From contig OX597843.1 of the NCBI GenBank assembly GCA_951406725.2, positions 15,748,001 through 15,812,000 on the forward strand: DNA of 64,000 bases. The letters are read 5' to 3'. This DNA comes from Octopus vulgaris (Eukaryota). Shown here piece after piece: positions 1 through 12,549 of the stretch. Both the position numbers and the translations under genes were made by a program. Numbering within the stretch: the stretch's first letter is position 1; every line of letters begins with the position of its first letter. The notes under the pieces were generated by a model. That model saw nothing but the letters and a program-made list of their open reading frames with translations. It searched no databases and was not told the origin of the DNA.

Positions 1-3000
1 TTCGACTCTCTGAAATAAATATGTTCAAATTTTGCAATTTGTAGTAAAATTTCTTTATCTCTGTTAATAATCTACATTTTATTATCATGCGGTAATCCTA
101 TTATCAATGGTCAACTGGTGACCACCCTGGCTTGGATCAACATTTTTATACTTTCTACAGACTAAACTTCCTCAGCCTCTTCTCTTTAGTAAGACATTCT
201 ACACAATCAACGTAACAATTATCTCTTAATTATCATCACTTAATGAAAATGCTTTTCTAGTTTTGTCTTTCCTTTCTTATATCTCTGCCAAGTCAATGGC
301 ATGGCATTGTCCTCTCACTTCCAACATTCTTCTCATTTTCTGCTTAATTCCTATGTCAACCAAGTCAGTCCTCCAAAGACCTAGAGCACAATATCATGAC
401 ACACCAACTAGGATAAACATACACCTGATCCCCTTGTTGAAGGGAGCTGCTGGAAATCTTTAATTCTAACTGCCCCACATCACGGTTCATCAGAATGTCA
501 GCTGATTCAGGAAATATTTGAATTTCATTCCCTTTCCATAATAAATCAGCTATTTTTCAGGTGAGCGATGATTAGTTCTACACAGGTGGAACAGAAAATA
601 ATAACAGGTGTCCTAAAACACTGCACAAAACCTCATTCACTACATATAACTGTTCATCCGCACGTTATTGCAAAAGAAAAATATCTGAAATGGTAGAAAA
701 GAACTGGTTCTCAAGAATAAAGGACATCTCTATCAAACCTCATCTATGCATTAATCACCATTTCATACCCTTTTGATGTCCCCTATATCAATGTGGTGAA
801 GCTCAATTGGATGAAAACCCAGTTTCCAACAAACTTGAAAACACAAGGGTTACACCTGTGCAGGAGGATTTCACTGACAGAAACTGTTCTTCTGATATCA
901 TTGTTAATACAAGAATAACATTACAAGGAATGTGTGACCCAACTCACACCCCACTCCACCACCACCACCACATTTGTCAATAAAGCTAATTAAAATCAAA
1001 TAATTGAAAAGTGTCACTAATTAAGATATATTTTATAAAGTATTAGAGTGTCACATAAATGAAATGAAGCCAAGTGAGATTAACATCTGAACCTTACTGG
1101 ATTATAAGGGTCAATAATCCCAGTTTGTAAGGATATGGCCCTTTACCCAAGTAAGACAATATATTTACACGGAGGGTAACAAGTTGTAAAATGTTAGGTG
1201 CAAGATGATGCCATGACAAAATGAGGTTACATTTCAGACATGTGTAAGAAAGTTAATGAATGAGAGCTGATTAATTATCATGTTAATTGGGGTGTATATG
1301 TGATACACTACCACTGTGCTTGGTGGTGCAATACTAGATAATCTATATGGATTATATCATAATCCAAGTGAAGAACATGTGACCCTCATTAAAATGAATA
1401 TGATTGTGTCTCAGCATAAATAATAATATGGTAGTCCCATGAGCAACCAAACAAAATTGTTACCAAGTTCAGTGCCAAATACTAATAAAAATGTCTTTAC
1501 TTGGTCAAATAACAACGACCAAGTTTCATAATCTGCTTTGAACAGGATAATCAAGTCAGAAGTAAAACCAAAAGGTGAAACACTCTGAAGACCTTACCTC
1601 TATTAGCATTAATATCATCAAGAAGGCAACAAGTGGGAGTCTAAGAATGTCTGTAGGGATCTGGTAAATGTTACTCAAACATTAGAGTCACCAACAAGGA
1701 ATTGGGAGTTCAAGTCACGCCTGGTACGCATATGTTATTCCAGTCTGTGTATTTTTTTAAGTGTTAACCTTAATAATTGGTTTCAATGTAAACATATGAG
1801 TGAACTGGAGCGTGAAATAAAGTGTCTTGCCCAAGAACACAACACACAGCCCGGTCCAGGAATCGAACTCACTACCTCCTGATTGTGAGCCCAATGCTCC
1901 AACCACTATACACACACACACATATATGTATATCACGTGATCACATGACCGACCAGGCTATCAGATGTTGCTACAGTATTGTTTAGAGAAATTATTTTCT
2001 CTACTACCACAAAACGTAGTCTAACCCAAGACATTCTGGGTTCACACCTTAATAAGGGACAACATCACATATCAAACATCAGAGTATTGTAATTATTGGA
2101 GTTCTTCATAAGATGACAAATTATGGAGAATTTCTGGAGGACAACTTTGCAAAAACATACTGGAACTATTGATGCCACTTTAACTGAACTAGATAAATGG
2201 TTTCTAAGGGGGTCAACAGTTCAACTATCAAGATCAGTTAATAATGGGTCTTGGTGCAACATCTCGGCAAGGTTTTAATTGAAAACAAACTGAATATGTT
2301 GAATAGATATGTTGTATGTGACGTATAAATATTTTTCTTCCGTGGCTTTCTCTTGCAACTGGAAGGAGTTAATAGAACGGCCATTATCAAAGGAAAAAGA
2401 TCAAAGCTGCATTATTTTGATTAATAATTTTATAGAGACAAATAATTACAATTGCAAAATATAATACCAGGAGTAATCTCAAACTGTTCTCTTGGAGATT
2501 AAACCAAAGCAATGTAATGAAAAACATTTTCAAGTTGTCTTTTTCCGCTACAGATAATTTATCGTGAAGAGAGGACAAGAATTAGAATCCCTAATTCATC
2601 AAGGTATTCTAAAGAAAAAGTTAAGATAAATGACTTCAAGTCATAAAAGAGAAATATGCCATGTCTATTACATTAGTGTGAGAGACATTTCAACACTCCG
2701 AGACATGCAAGGTTGTGAGTGAGATAGCTTTGTGAGGACAGCGTAAATGTCACTAAAAAACAGAGAAAAATTGGGGTTTTTATAACTTTCATTGAAGATT
2801 TCTAGAAGTGTCCAGAAACAAACTTTTGGAATAATTTTCAGTCAAAAACCAAGATGGCTTCAGCTATATACTTTTCAACCAATGAAATGATTCCTTTCAA
2901 ATTAAGTTTGCTTTACTCGCAAATTTCTGCCAAAAGAACTTAACTTTAGTTTATTTTCATTCAATAATACTTTGCTAAAACACTTTCTACTAAACCACCT

Positions 3001-3438
3001 TTCACCAAATAACAACGAGAACAAATAATTCAACGGTGAAACTCTGCAATGTTGTTCCATAAAAATCAGTTGAGATTTTGTCATTGAATCTCCAAAGATG
3101 ACTGACATTCTTATAAGTACCATTGTCTCTAATGACCAGATTCACAAAATACTAATAAATCATTAGTCACTCATAATTGACCACAAACAGAACCAGAGAG
3201 ATTTATTGATATTTCAGTTAGTCACCATTTATCTTTCAGTATCATTCATTAGTCATATTTTGCAGACAATACCCTCTTAAAGTGTGACGAGTCTTGTAAC
3301 TGGATGAAGACAATGTTTAGGGGATGCTGTGATAGATACACCATCACAAAGACAAATGGAACAGTTTTTATTCATAAATCTGCCAGATTACGACAGACCT
3401 GGGCCAATGAGACAAACAGGATGAAATAGTAGTCTTAC

Positions 3439-3578
3439 CAATTCCACTTTCTCTGGTTGTGGGTTGCTGACATTCAAGACATGTAGAGTTAGGTTCGGTA
3501 CCACATTCCTCACAGATCACCATCTGTCCACAGGATTGGCATTTCAGTGTGGACACTTTCTCTTCACAAAACAGACAT
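3439..3578 (-). CDS. Isolated internal exon encoding a mind-bomb (MIB1/MIB2)-type RING-HC-like finger; gene incomplete, possibly a pseudogene
   Basis: Minus strand reads TCTTGTTCCACAG|ATGTCTG...GGAATTG|GTAAGA (140 nt, phase 2 to phase 1). Translation CLFCEEKVSTLKCQSCGQMVICEECGTEPNSTCLECQQP has C-x2-C-x11-C-x-(H>Q)-x3-C-x2-C-x7-C-x2-C spacing. Confidence 0.55.
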
Positions 3579-3859
3579 CTGTGGAACAAGATACAAACAT
3601 CTCATCAATAACATTCATAATCATTATCTCATCCCTTAACGTCCGTTATCTATGCTGGTATGGGTTGGACGGTTTGACTGGGCTGGCACACTGGAAGGCT
3701 GCACCAGGCTCTAATGCGATTCATTTATTATAAATATGACAGTAGTGAATATTACGAGACATGACAGTTACCAGTAAGACTACATCACAAAGTCCTCTTT
3801 AAATAATTATATACACACAGATTTGTGCGTATATAAGTGCCACAGAGAACATAGGGAGG

Positions 3860-4198
3860 GAAGGGGTAAAGGGTAAAGACACGGCCCCTTAGTCATCAAT
3901 GACCATGGAGCTGAACCTAGAAAGTTCCCTGAACCTAGAAAGTCCACGCATGGTTGTTTATGGAAGACCAGCAGTCGCCCATGCATACCAGCCTCCCCCT
4001 CTCCACTGATGTTATCCAGGGAAAATGGCAAAAGGGGCTGACACAGCTCGGCACCAGTGACAATGCAACTCAATTCCTGAGCTGAGTGAACTGTAGCAAC
4101 ATGAAATAAAGTGTCTTGCCCAAGAACACAACACACAGCCTGATCCAGGAATCGAACTCAGTACCTCCTGATTGGGAGCCCAATGCTCCAACCACTAT
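3860..4198 (-). mobile_element. tRNA-headed SINE (partial copy also at ~1797-1908)
   Basis: Minus strand has A/B-box-like TAGTGGTTGGAGC and GAGTTCGATTCC, then TGTGTTCTTGGGCAAGACACTTTA, and ends in a (CTTTAC/CCTT) tail. Confidence 0.6.
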
Positions 4199-4215
<17 letters not shown>

Positions 4216-4242
<27 letters not shown>

Positions 4243-4527
4243 ATCACATGACCGACCAGGCTGTCAGAAGTTGCTACACATCGCTGGTCACAATGCGCTT
4301 CGCATTGTTTTAACCTTCAAATGACGCCACCCCTCTGGCTAAGCGAGCTGGCCAGCAGAAGAAAGAGTGAGAGAAAGTTGTGGCGAAAGAGTACAGCAGG
4401 GATCACCACCCCCTGTCGGAGCCTCGTGGAGCTTTAAGTGTTTTCGCTCAATAAACACTCACAACGCCTGGTCTGGGAATCGAAACCGCGAGTCCGCTGC
4501 CCTAACCACTGGGCCATTGCGCCTCCA
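4216..4527 (-). mobile_element. tRNA-headed SINE family C (related copy ~59368-59747)
   Basis: Minus strand begins GGAGGCGCAATGGCCCAGTGGTTAGGGCAGCGGACTCGCGGTTTCGATTCCCAG. The same head and body recur at 59.4-59.7 kb. Confidence 0.7.
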
Positions 4528-5819
4528 CATATATACATATATATATAGAGACAAATATGTCTTGACTCTGATACGTAACAAAAACTGGTCTATATGTATG
4601 CAGTTCACAGAAACAATGAACTCCATACATTCCAGAAATCTCACTTCGAACATAGACCTCAATTCTTCTCAACAAATATAGGTCTATTTGTATATACACT
4701 CTTCTGTTGTGTGTATTAAAAACACTTTTTGAATTTGATTTGTTTAACAAGTGATCAGTATTTAGACATTTGATTTTGAATTGTATGGATGGACAGACAG
4801 GGTACAATTGTCATGGCATCTTGTATGGATGAACAATATGTAACATAACAGGTCACAATTCTAAAACAGAACAATGCCCTAAGAATCGTATGTATGTAGA
4901 AAATCAGAGAACTCTTTTGGAAATTGATGAGTTGATTGCAGTAAATGTCATGCTTCTATCTGCCTTCAATGTAACACTAACCTCCTGATGATCCCAGTCC
5001 AATAAAAGGTAGACAATGGTTTTATGATGGGCGGAATATAGCAAATGGTGCAACTAACAAACTGGTCCTTTCAGTGCCTGACCCCTGCGTCCTTTCCAAC
5101 TATTGTTGTCAAACAAACACAACCCTTCCACAGGAAAATTTTGGAAATTTGATGTAACAGATATTAAAGCAAAAAATGCTAACAGAATTGCACAGTGAAA
5201 GATAATCCCCTGCTCTTAAACCTGCCCCTAGTTATAGCTGAATCCAGGTTTATAGAGTAAGCCATGCTGTCTGCCACGCATGATGTAATTGTTCTTGGTA
5301 TATCTGAAGAAGTCATTGATCTCCAAACATTTTCTCGTAACTTGTGGTGACTGATTGGCACAGACAGACAAATTCCACTGACTTCGAAACGACAATGCCA
5401 AAACATGTTCATTCCCTTCGTTATTTAGTACCACAGTTTCCTTTAAGACAGGCAACTGAGAGACGTAGGTCGAAGGTCGGAGTGGTGGTGTGTGAGGTAT
5501 ATCTGTCAACAGAACCAGTCATGTGAATATAATCAAAATAGATGTTCTTTGTTTCATCTCCTATCAACTCCATTTTCTATTTAGTGTTCTTCTTACTATT
5601 GTTGTGTGGCCTTTGCTCAAGACACTAGTGAAGTATAATGTATTGGTAGAATAAAAACTAAACACGCATATAAACATGATTATGTACAAAATAGAAAATT
5701 CACTGATTTGTTTTGACTTTGCTAGGGAATACTTACAGTGATGGGAAAAGGGATTTAAATTTTTCTTTCAAATCTGGGTTCATAACAAGGTCCAACGGGG
5801 TCGCATATATACGACAGGC

Positions 5820-6140
5820 TTATTCTTTGTAAGCCCAGTACTTATTCTATCGGTCTCTTTTGCCGAACCGCTAAGTGACAGGGACGTGAACACACCAGCA
5901 TCGGTTGTCAAGCAATGTTAGGGAACAAACACAGACACACAAACACACATACACACATATATATATATATACATATATACGACAGGCTTCTTTCAGTTTC
6001 CGTCTACCAAATCCATTCACAAGGCATTGGTCGGCCCGGGGCTATAGCAGAAGACACCTGCCCAAGATGCCACGCAGTGGGACTGAACCCGGAACCATGT
6101 GGTTGGTTAGCAAGCTACTTACCACACAGCCACTCCTACG
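5820..6140 (-). mobile_element. SINE family A (tRNA head, CORE-like CCTTGGGCAAGT domain, (TA/GT)n, LINE-derived tail)
   Basis: Reverse complement of the family seen at more than 12 loci, including 7841, 11674, 14212, 19550, 22197, 28525, 32703, 35722, 42281, 48122 and 57389. Confidence 0.8.
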
Positions 6141-6347
6141 CCATAGTTATTGATATCTGTTTGTGTTTGAGGTTTGTAATGAAAAGAACGAACAACGTGA
6201 ACATGCAACATTGCCTTAAAGTCCCTGGCCGTGGCGTTTGGCGAGCTTGACTTGACCATAGCCCTGGGTCGGCCGCTGAGATGGACGGAGGGAGATGGAC
6301 ATAGGGGAGGTGCGACCACATCTATGACCATGTCAAGAAAGATTAGC

Positions 6348-7545
6348 GTGGTGGTCAATGGTGGAGGCGTGGTGGTGGGTGGTGGTGGTGGGTGGTGGTG
6401 GCAATGGTGTGGAGGGTGGTGGTGGTGGTGATAGTGATGTTGATGGTGGTGTTGACGGCGATGGTGGATGTATGGTGGTGGTAGTGGTGACGGTGGTGAT
6501 GGTGGTGGTGGTGGTGGTGATGGTAGTGCTGGCGCTGGTGGTGGCGGTGATGGCGGTGGTGGTGGTGGTGGTGGTGGTGGTGGTGGTGGTGGTGGTGTTA
6601 GTAGTGGTGATGGTGGTGGTGGTGATGGTGATAGCAGCGTTGTTGTTGTTGGTAGTGATAGTGATGTTGATGGTGGTGGTGATGGTGGTGGTGGTGGTGG
6701 TGGTGGTGGTGGTGGTGGTGGTGGTGGTGATGGTGGTGGTGGTGGTGGTGGTGGTGATGGTATGGTGGTGGTGGTGGTGGTGTGTGATGGTAGTGGTGGT
6801 GGTGGTGATGGTGGTGGTGGTGGTGATGATGATGGTAGTGGTGATGGTGGTGGTGGTGGTGGTGGTGGTGATGATGATGGTAGTGGTGGTGGTGGTGATG
6901 GTGGTGGTGATGGTGGTGGTGATGGTAGTGGTGGTGATGGTGGTGGTGGATGTATGGTCGTGGTGGTGATGTGGTGGTGGTGGTGATGGTAGTGGTGGTG
7001 GTGGTGGTGGCGGTGATGGTAGTGGTGGTGATGGTGATGGTGGTGTATGGTGGTGGTGGTGGTGGTGATGTTGGTGGTGGTGATGGTGGTGGTGGTGATG
7101 GTGATGGTAGTGGTGGTGATGGTGGTGGTGGTGATCGTAGAGGTGGTGGTGATGGTGATGGTGGTGGTGGTGGTGGTGGTGATGGTGGTGGTTTAGAGGT
7201 GGTGGTGGTGGTGGTGGTGTAGAGGTGGTGGTGATGGTGGTGGTGGTGATGCAGCGTTGGTGGTGGTGGTGGTGGTGATGGTGATGGTGATGATGATAGT
7301 GGTGATGGTAGTGGTGGTGATGGTGATGGTGATGGTGATGATGATAGTGGTGGTGGTGATGGTGATGGTGATGGTGATGGTGATGATGATAGTGGTGATG
7401 GTAGTGGTGGTGGTGGTGATGGTGGTGGTAGCAGTGGTGATGGTGGTGGTGGAGGTGGAAGTGGTAGTGGTGATGGTGATGCTGGGTTGGTGGTGGTGGT
7501 GGTGGTGGAGCGCATGGTGGCAATGATGACAATGATGATGTGGAT
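6348..7545. repeat. ~1.2-kb imperfect (GGT/GAT)n trinucleotide microsatellite
   Basis: Direct reading. It produces the poly-His/Thr/Val/Gly ORFs in the track. Confidence 0.95.
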
Positions 7546-7743
7546 GATAATTCTTTCCTACTCTAGGCACAAGACCCGACATTTTAGGGGAGGTGGGCCA
7601 CTCGATTAGATCACCCCAAGTACGCAACTGGTACTTAATTTACCGACCCCTAAAAGATGAAAGGCAAAGTCAACCTTGGTGGAATTTGAACTCAGAACAT
7701 AAAGACAGACAAAATACCACTGAGCATTTCGCCCAGTGTCTGG

Positions 7744-7753
7744 ATGATGATTG

Positions 7754-7826
<73 letters not shown>
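7744..7826. repeat. (GAT)n microsatellite
   Basis: Direct reading. Confidence 0.95.
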
Positions 7827-7829
<3 letters not shown>

Positions 7830-9056
7830 TTAACTATAGTAGGAGTGGCTGTGTGGTAAGTAGCTTGCTTACCAACCACATGGTTCTGGGTTCAGTCCAA
7901 CTGCGTGGCACCTTCGGCAAGTGTCTTCTACTATAGCCTCGGGCCGACCAAAGCCTTGTGAGTGGATTTGGTAGACGGAAACTGAAAGAAGCCCATCGTA
8001 TATACGTATATGTATATATACATTTGTATATATACATATATATTAAATATATACATATAAATTAAAACTCTAAAATATTTTAAATAGAAATCTGTAGGCT
8101 CTTCCACTGGTGTTCTTTCTTTCTAACTCTACCTTTTTAATATAAAAATAAATAGTATTTGTACTATGCTAACTTTTAATTGACTTTATAGTCAATTTAA
8201 ATAACCTTACTTAAATCGTATAAATTGCTAATATTTCCTAATTCTATTCTAAATTTAATAGTTAATACTATTCCCTTAATGATACAAGTAATTTTCACTA
8301 TATATTTTGAATAAGTAAAATTCCCCCACCATTTACTAATGAATTTATTTGACCTCTAGATGTTGACCTAAATTCTTTCTTACAATATATAAACTTAAGT
8401 TAAAATAGAAATAATAAATAAATAACCTTCTATTCTAGTGTTATCCTTAACTTTCTTACTGTATCTTCCTCTACTGATAACCTATGACCCCTGTAATGTT
8501 TTCCTTTGATCTCTCTGTATTCTTTATCCTACCATTATCTCTGTGAGTTTCTCAGTTCAGAGCTGGTGGTGGTCAAACTTAGTGTTCTTTTATGAATTTA
8601 AGATTCCTTCAACACTGACCTAGATTTTCTGTCACCACAGAAACAAACTAACCTTTGTCTGTGGTATATCTATTCCCTCTTACTCCTTCACTCCCTTCCT
8701 CCCATAATGTCCTTTATTTTGGCCGAACCTACGTCGCTGTCCTTCTTGCTACTACAACCAAATTCTGTCTGCAACAGTTTAGATGTGAAATGAACCGGTG
8801 TGTGACCAACAGCTTTCCTTATGTCTCCTGGAATTTATATTTATATCTGCATCTTTATGGATGGATTTACCTTCTATGAGAAGTTAACAATCATTTTAAA
8901 AACTCTTTTTAAAAAACTGTGCATTATTAGGAAACATTTAAGTCTGCTTAATATCTGGCTTCAAATAAAATGTTCTTAGTACAAAACAATTGTACTAAGC
9001 TACTAATCCATTCTTGCTGCTTTTTTCCTTGGTTACACATATATATATATATATAT

Positions 9057-10048
9057 ACTAGCATTAAAGACCCGTCGTTGCCGGGTCATAGTGCTAGTGC
9101 ATGTATACATGTGTATATATATTTGTACATATTACATGTACATCTATATATATACATCTACACATAAAATACAAAATACAAAGTTATATCTTGATATCGC
9201 TATTGATAACAATACTCAAAATATATAACAGACTGGAATTGTTAGCCAGTCTCTTGTAATTTCGATCAATTGTATCTTGTCTCCCTTTTGTATAGAAGTG
9301 TGGCTACAATCCAGCCTACCTCTACTTCTGGTGGGGGGAGGGGGCATTTTAATTTTTTTTCCGGGACGTCCTACGTCCAGGATATAAAGGTAAAAATAAA
9401 ATATTTCCACTTAGCAAGTTCGAGTCGAGTACTCCATTGCACGCTCCGTTGACTCAAACCTTGCTTCTATTGTGGCGAATTTACTGCCTCTGATTAGATA
9501 CCTTTCATAGTCGCACCAAGACACTTTTCGAAGGTGCTTTCCTCCATGTGTTCAAATCTTTTTTCTCTACATTTATAGACAATAGTCTTTTCTTTAATTT
9601 AATTTTTTATTATCCATCTGGACTATTCCATTTCTGCACGCTAATTTTATTTTTAATTTATTCCCATTCATGCGAAACCACTTATTCAAGTTCAAATCAT
9701 TGATGCAATTTTATACCAATTGCTATTTTTACTTTTGTTATGTTACTTTAGTTTGATTTTAATTATTACTTACTACATATAAGTCAATTGTTATTATTAT
9801 TTTATTGTTAAAGTGAAAGTATCTGACATAAAATAGAGAAATGTTTTTGTTTCACTTTTAACACGTAATACTGAAATAGTGGAGAAGATATGATATTGCT
9901 ATGGGCTCGCCCTAGGCAGCCCATAAAACTACATGGCCCCTAAGTAAGGCATGTGTAAAATTTGAATGAAATTGGTTGTGTAGTTCTCAAGTTTTAGGGA
10001 AATACACAGACAGACAGACACACATTCTCAGTTATATGTATATAAAGA
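9057..10048 (+). mobile_element. Non-autonomous Helitron-like (Lep1/HINE-style) element
   Basis: Starts ACTAG followed by the subterminal hairpin GACCCG-TCGTTGC-CGGGTC. Ends AAATTTGAATGAAATTGG...(ACAG)n...TATATAAAGAT. Inserted in (TA)n with no TSD. Family assignment is from remembered architecture. Confidence 0.55.
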
Positions 10049-10974
10049 TATATATATATCTATATATATATATATATATGTATAGGTATGTAGAAAAATA
10101 CAACATGGACAAGAACGTATAATAGAAGACGACACAATAAACACGGACAGGACATTCGAAACCCTCAGTCTTCAGTCAAGAACCGGATCATCGTAGTAAT
10201 TTCGGCTGATTATATATATATCGATATGCAGTTAAGTATATGTCCCCTCATAGAGTGGGATCTTTTCGGTTTGAACGGCATTTTTTTAAAAATAATTTCC
10301 ACGTAACTAAACACTTTTAAACTTCGTTTACTGGTAGAATGTGTTTATAAAACATCTTTTTCTCTTGGCTTTATTGAGAAAATTCTATAGTTTGTAAGAT
10401 ATTTGTTGTTTTTTTTCTTCAATTTCTGCAATTTCAACCAATCAATGACGTCTATTGAGGTAAAAAAAAAAACATTCTTTCCCGTATGAATATGTCCCTC
10501 GTTTAAGAAACAGATTGAGTTTATTTACATTTCTGAAAAAAAAGATACCCTTCCCCCTAACCATAACCCTAATCCTAAAACTACCCTCTCTCCCTCTGTC
10601 TCTTCCACCCTCTCTCACTCTTACTTCCGCCCTGCCCCTTCTCCTTTTCTCCGTCTCTCCCACCCTCTCCCCCTCTTACTCACACCCCTCCCTACCTCTC
10701 TCCTTCCCTCTTTCTCCCTCTTTCCCCTCTCTGTCACCTTCACTCTATCTGGCTGAGTAACCTTGTACCTCCCCTACAGCAAGACACCTGTTTCTGTCTT
10801 TCTATCTCACTCTAACCTTTCCTCATCCGACACAAGATACCCTCCTCCAATGTCCCCTCCCCCTCTCAGAATTTCTTGTCTTCCAAGTTATTTGGTGACC
10901 CTGCCGGTGCTGGTGCCACATAAAAACCACTCGGTCCATTCTGCTGAGTGGTTGGTGTTAGGAAAATTGTATCA

Positions 10975-11523
10975 AATGTTGTATGTCGTCTGCATCAAAT
11001 GTTGTATGTCGTCTGCACTGGATGACGTTGTATGGAAAGATGAAATGAATGAAAGGAAATCGTCTGATTTTGACTATGAATCTGACGATGACGGAGATTT
11101 ACACAACAATGATGCTGACATGTTTAGGGAGGAACAAATAGAACAATTATTTGATGCTGAAAGAGAGATTGAATTTGAAGGATTTGAAGAAATGGCTTTG
11201 CTTTTGTAACTGATAGTGATAAATATGTAAAGGCAATTTACTTAATACTTATTTTTCACTGACGTTATTACTGTTATTTCTTTATTTTCTACAAACAAAA
11301 TGCACAAAAAAGCTACACGTTTGCATTATGTTAGATATATAATATTAATAAAGGACGTTAACGTATACAGTTTTACAAACCAAGGACGTTATATAGACCT
11401 CCTTGACTCAAGTTAGAGAAGGGGTGCGTATTATGCACAAGGTTTAGATTTTTCGGCGGTACAGCCCCCTAAAAATCCCTTGCGTATTATACTCAAGGGC
11501 GGAATATACTCGAGGATTTACGG
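10975..11523 (+). mobile_element. 3' fragment of a pogo/Tigger-like DNA transposon (other pieces at 13873-14050, 16435-16791, 18310-18697)
   Basis: Encodes KCCMSSALDDVVW...DAEREIEFEGFE, a pogo-type acidic C-terminus. Ends in TIR-like TATACTCGAGGATTTACGG followed by TA. Confidence 0.65.
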
Positions 11524-11673
11524 TAAGGCGTCCAGTATATGGCAAATGCCTATGGAGGGTATTCTCTCGGTTGCACGTCGCTGAACGGTTTCCAGCTGGT
11601 TTTCAGTCGAATAAATCGACCAAATTTATGCTCCAGCATAGCCACGGCCCAACAACTGGAATAAAGATGAAGG

Positions 11674-12065
11674 TAGGAGTGGCTGTGTGGTAAGTAGCTT
11701 GCTTACCGACCACATGGTTCCGGTTTCAGTCCCACTACGTGGCACCTTGGGCAAGTGTCTTCTGCTATAGCCTCGGGCCGACCAAAGCCTTGTGAGTGGA
11801 TTTGGTAGACGGAAACTGAAAGAAGCACGTCGTATATATGTATATATATATGTGTTTGTGTGTCTGTGTTTGTCCCCCAACATCGCTTGACAACAGATGC
11901 TGGTGTGTTTACATCCCCGTAAATTAGCGGTTCGGCAAAAGATTCCGATAGAATAAGGACTAAGCCTACAAAGAATAAATCCTGGAGTCGATTTGCTCGA
12001 CTAAAGGCGGTGCACCAGCATGGCCGCAGTCAAATGACTGAAACAAGTAACAGAGTAAAAGAGTA
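11674..12065 (+). mobile_element. Full-length SINE family A copy
   Basis: AGGAGTGGCTGTGTGGTAAG (A box), GGTTTCAGTCC (B box), CCTTGGGCAAGTG, and tail GGCGGTGCACCAGCATGGCCGCAGTCAAATGACTGAAACAAGTAACAGAGTAAAAGAG. Confidence 0.85.
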
Positions 12066-12118
12066 TATATATATATATATATTGATATGCAGTTAAGTAT
12101 ATGTCCCCTCATAGAGTG

Positions 12119-12549
12119 GGATCTTTTCGGTTTGAACGGCAGTTTTTTAAAATAATTTCCACGTAACTAAACACTTTTAAACTTCGTATACTGGTAGAAT
12201 GTGTTTATAAAACATCATTTTCTCTTGGCTTTATTGAGAAAATTCTATAGTTTGTAAGATATTTGTTGTTTTTTTCTCTTCAATTTCTGTAATTTCAACC
12301 AATCAATGACGTCTATTGAGGTAAAAAAACATTCTGTGCCGTACGAATATGTCCCTCGTTTAAGAAACCGGTTGGGTTTATTTACATTTCTGAAGAAAAG
12401 AAGATACCCTTCCCCTAACCATAACCCTAACCCTAACCCTAACCCTAAAACAGATTGAAATGCAATAGATCGATACTAGGGTCATAATTATGGGTGACAA
12501 TTTCATATGACACCGCTAGAAAAAACTGCCGGTCAAACCGAAAAGATCC
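12119..12549 (+). mobile_element. ~430-bp TIR MITE with internal (CCCTAA)n; further copies at 14789-15208, 32657-33619 (SINE-interrupted), 35230-35654, reverse 47775-48090 and 55114-55541
   Basis: Terminal inverted repeats GGATCTTTTCGGTTTGAACGGCAGTTTTT / AAAAACTGCCGGTCAAACCGAAAAGATCC. Confidence 0.85.

Noticed and set aside
2387-3123. Short minus-strand ORFs as exons or transposase remnants
   Set aside because: No recognisable motif or convincing splice pairing.
6333-7627. Long poly-His/Thr/Pro/Val/Gly ORFs
   Set aside because: Open in many frames on both strands only because (GGT)n lacks stop codons.
7841-7915. tRNA gene from A/B boxes (also other SINE heads)
   Set aside because: No full cloverleaf; continues into SINE body and occurs in many copies.
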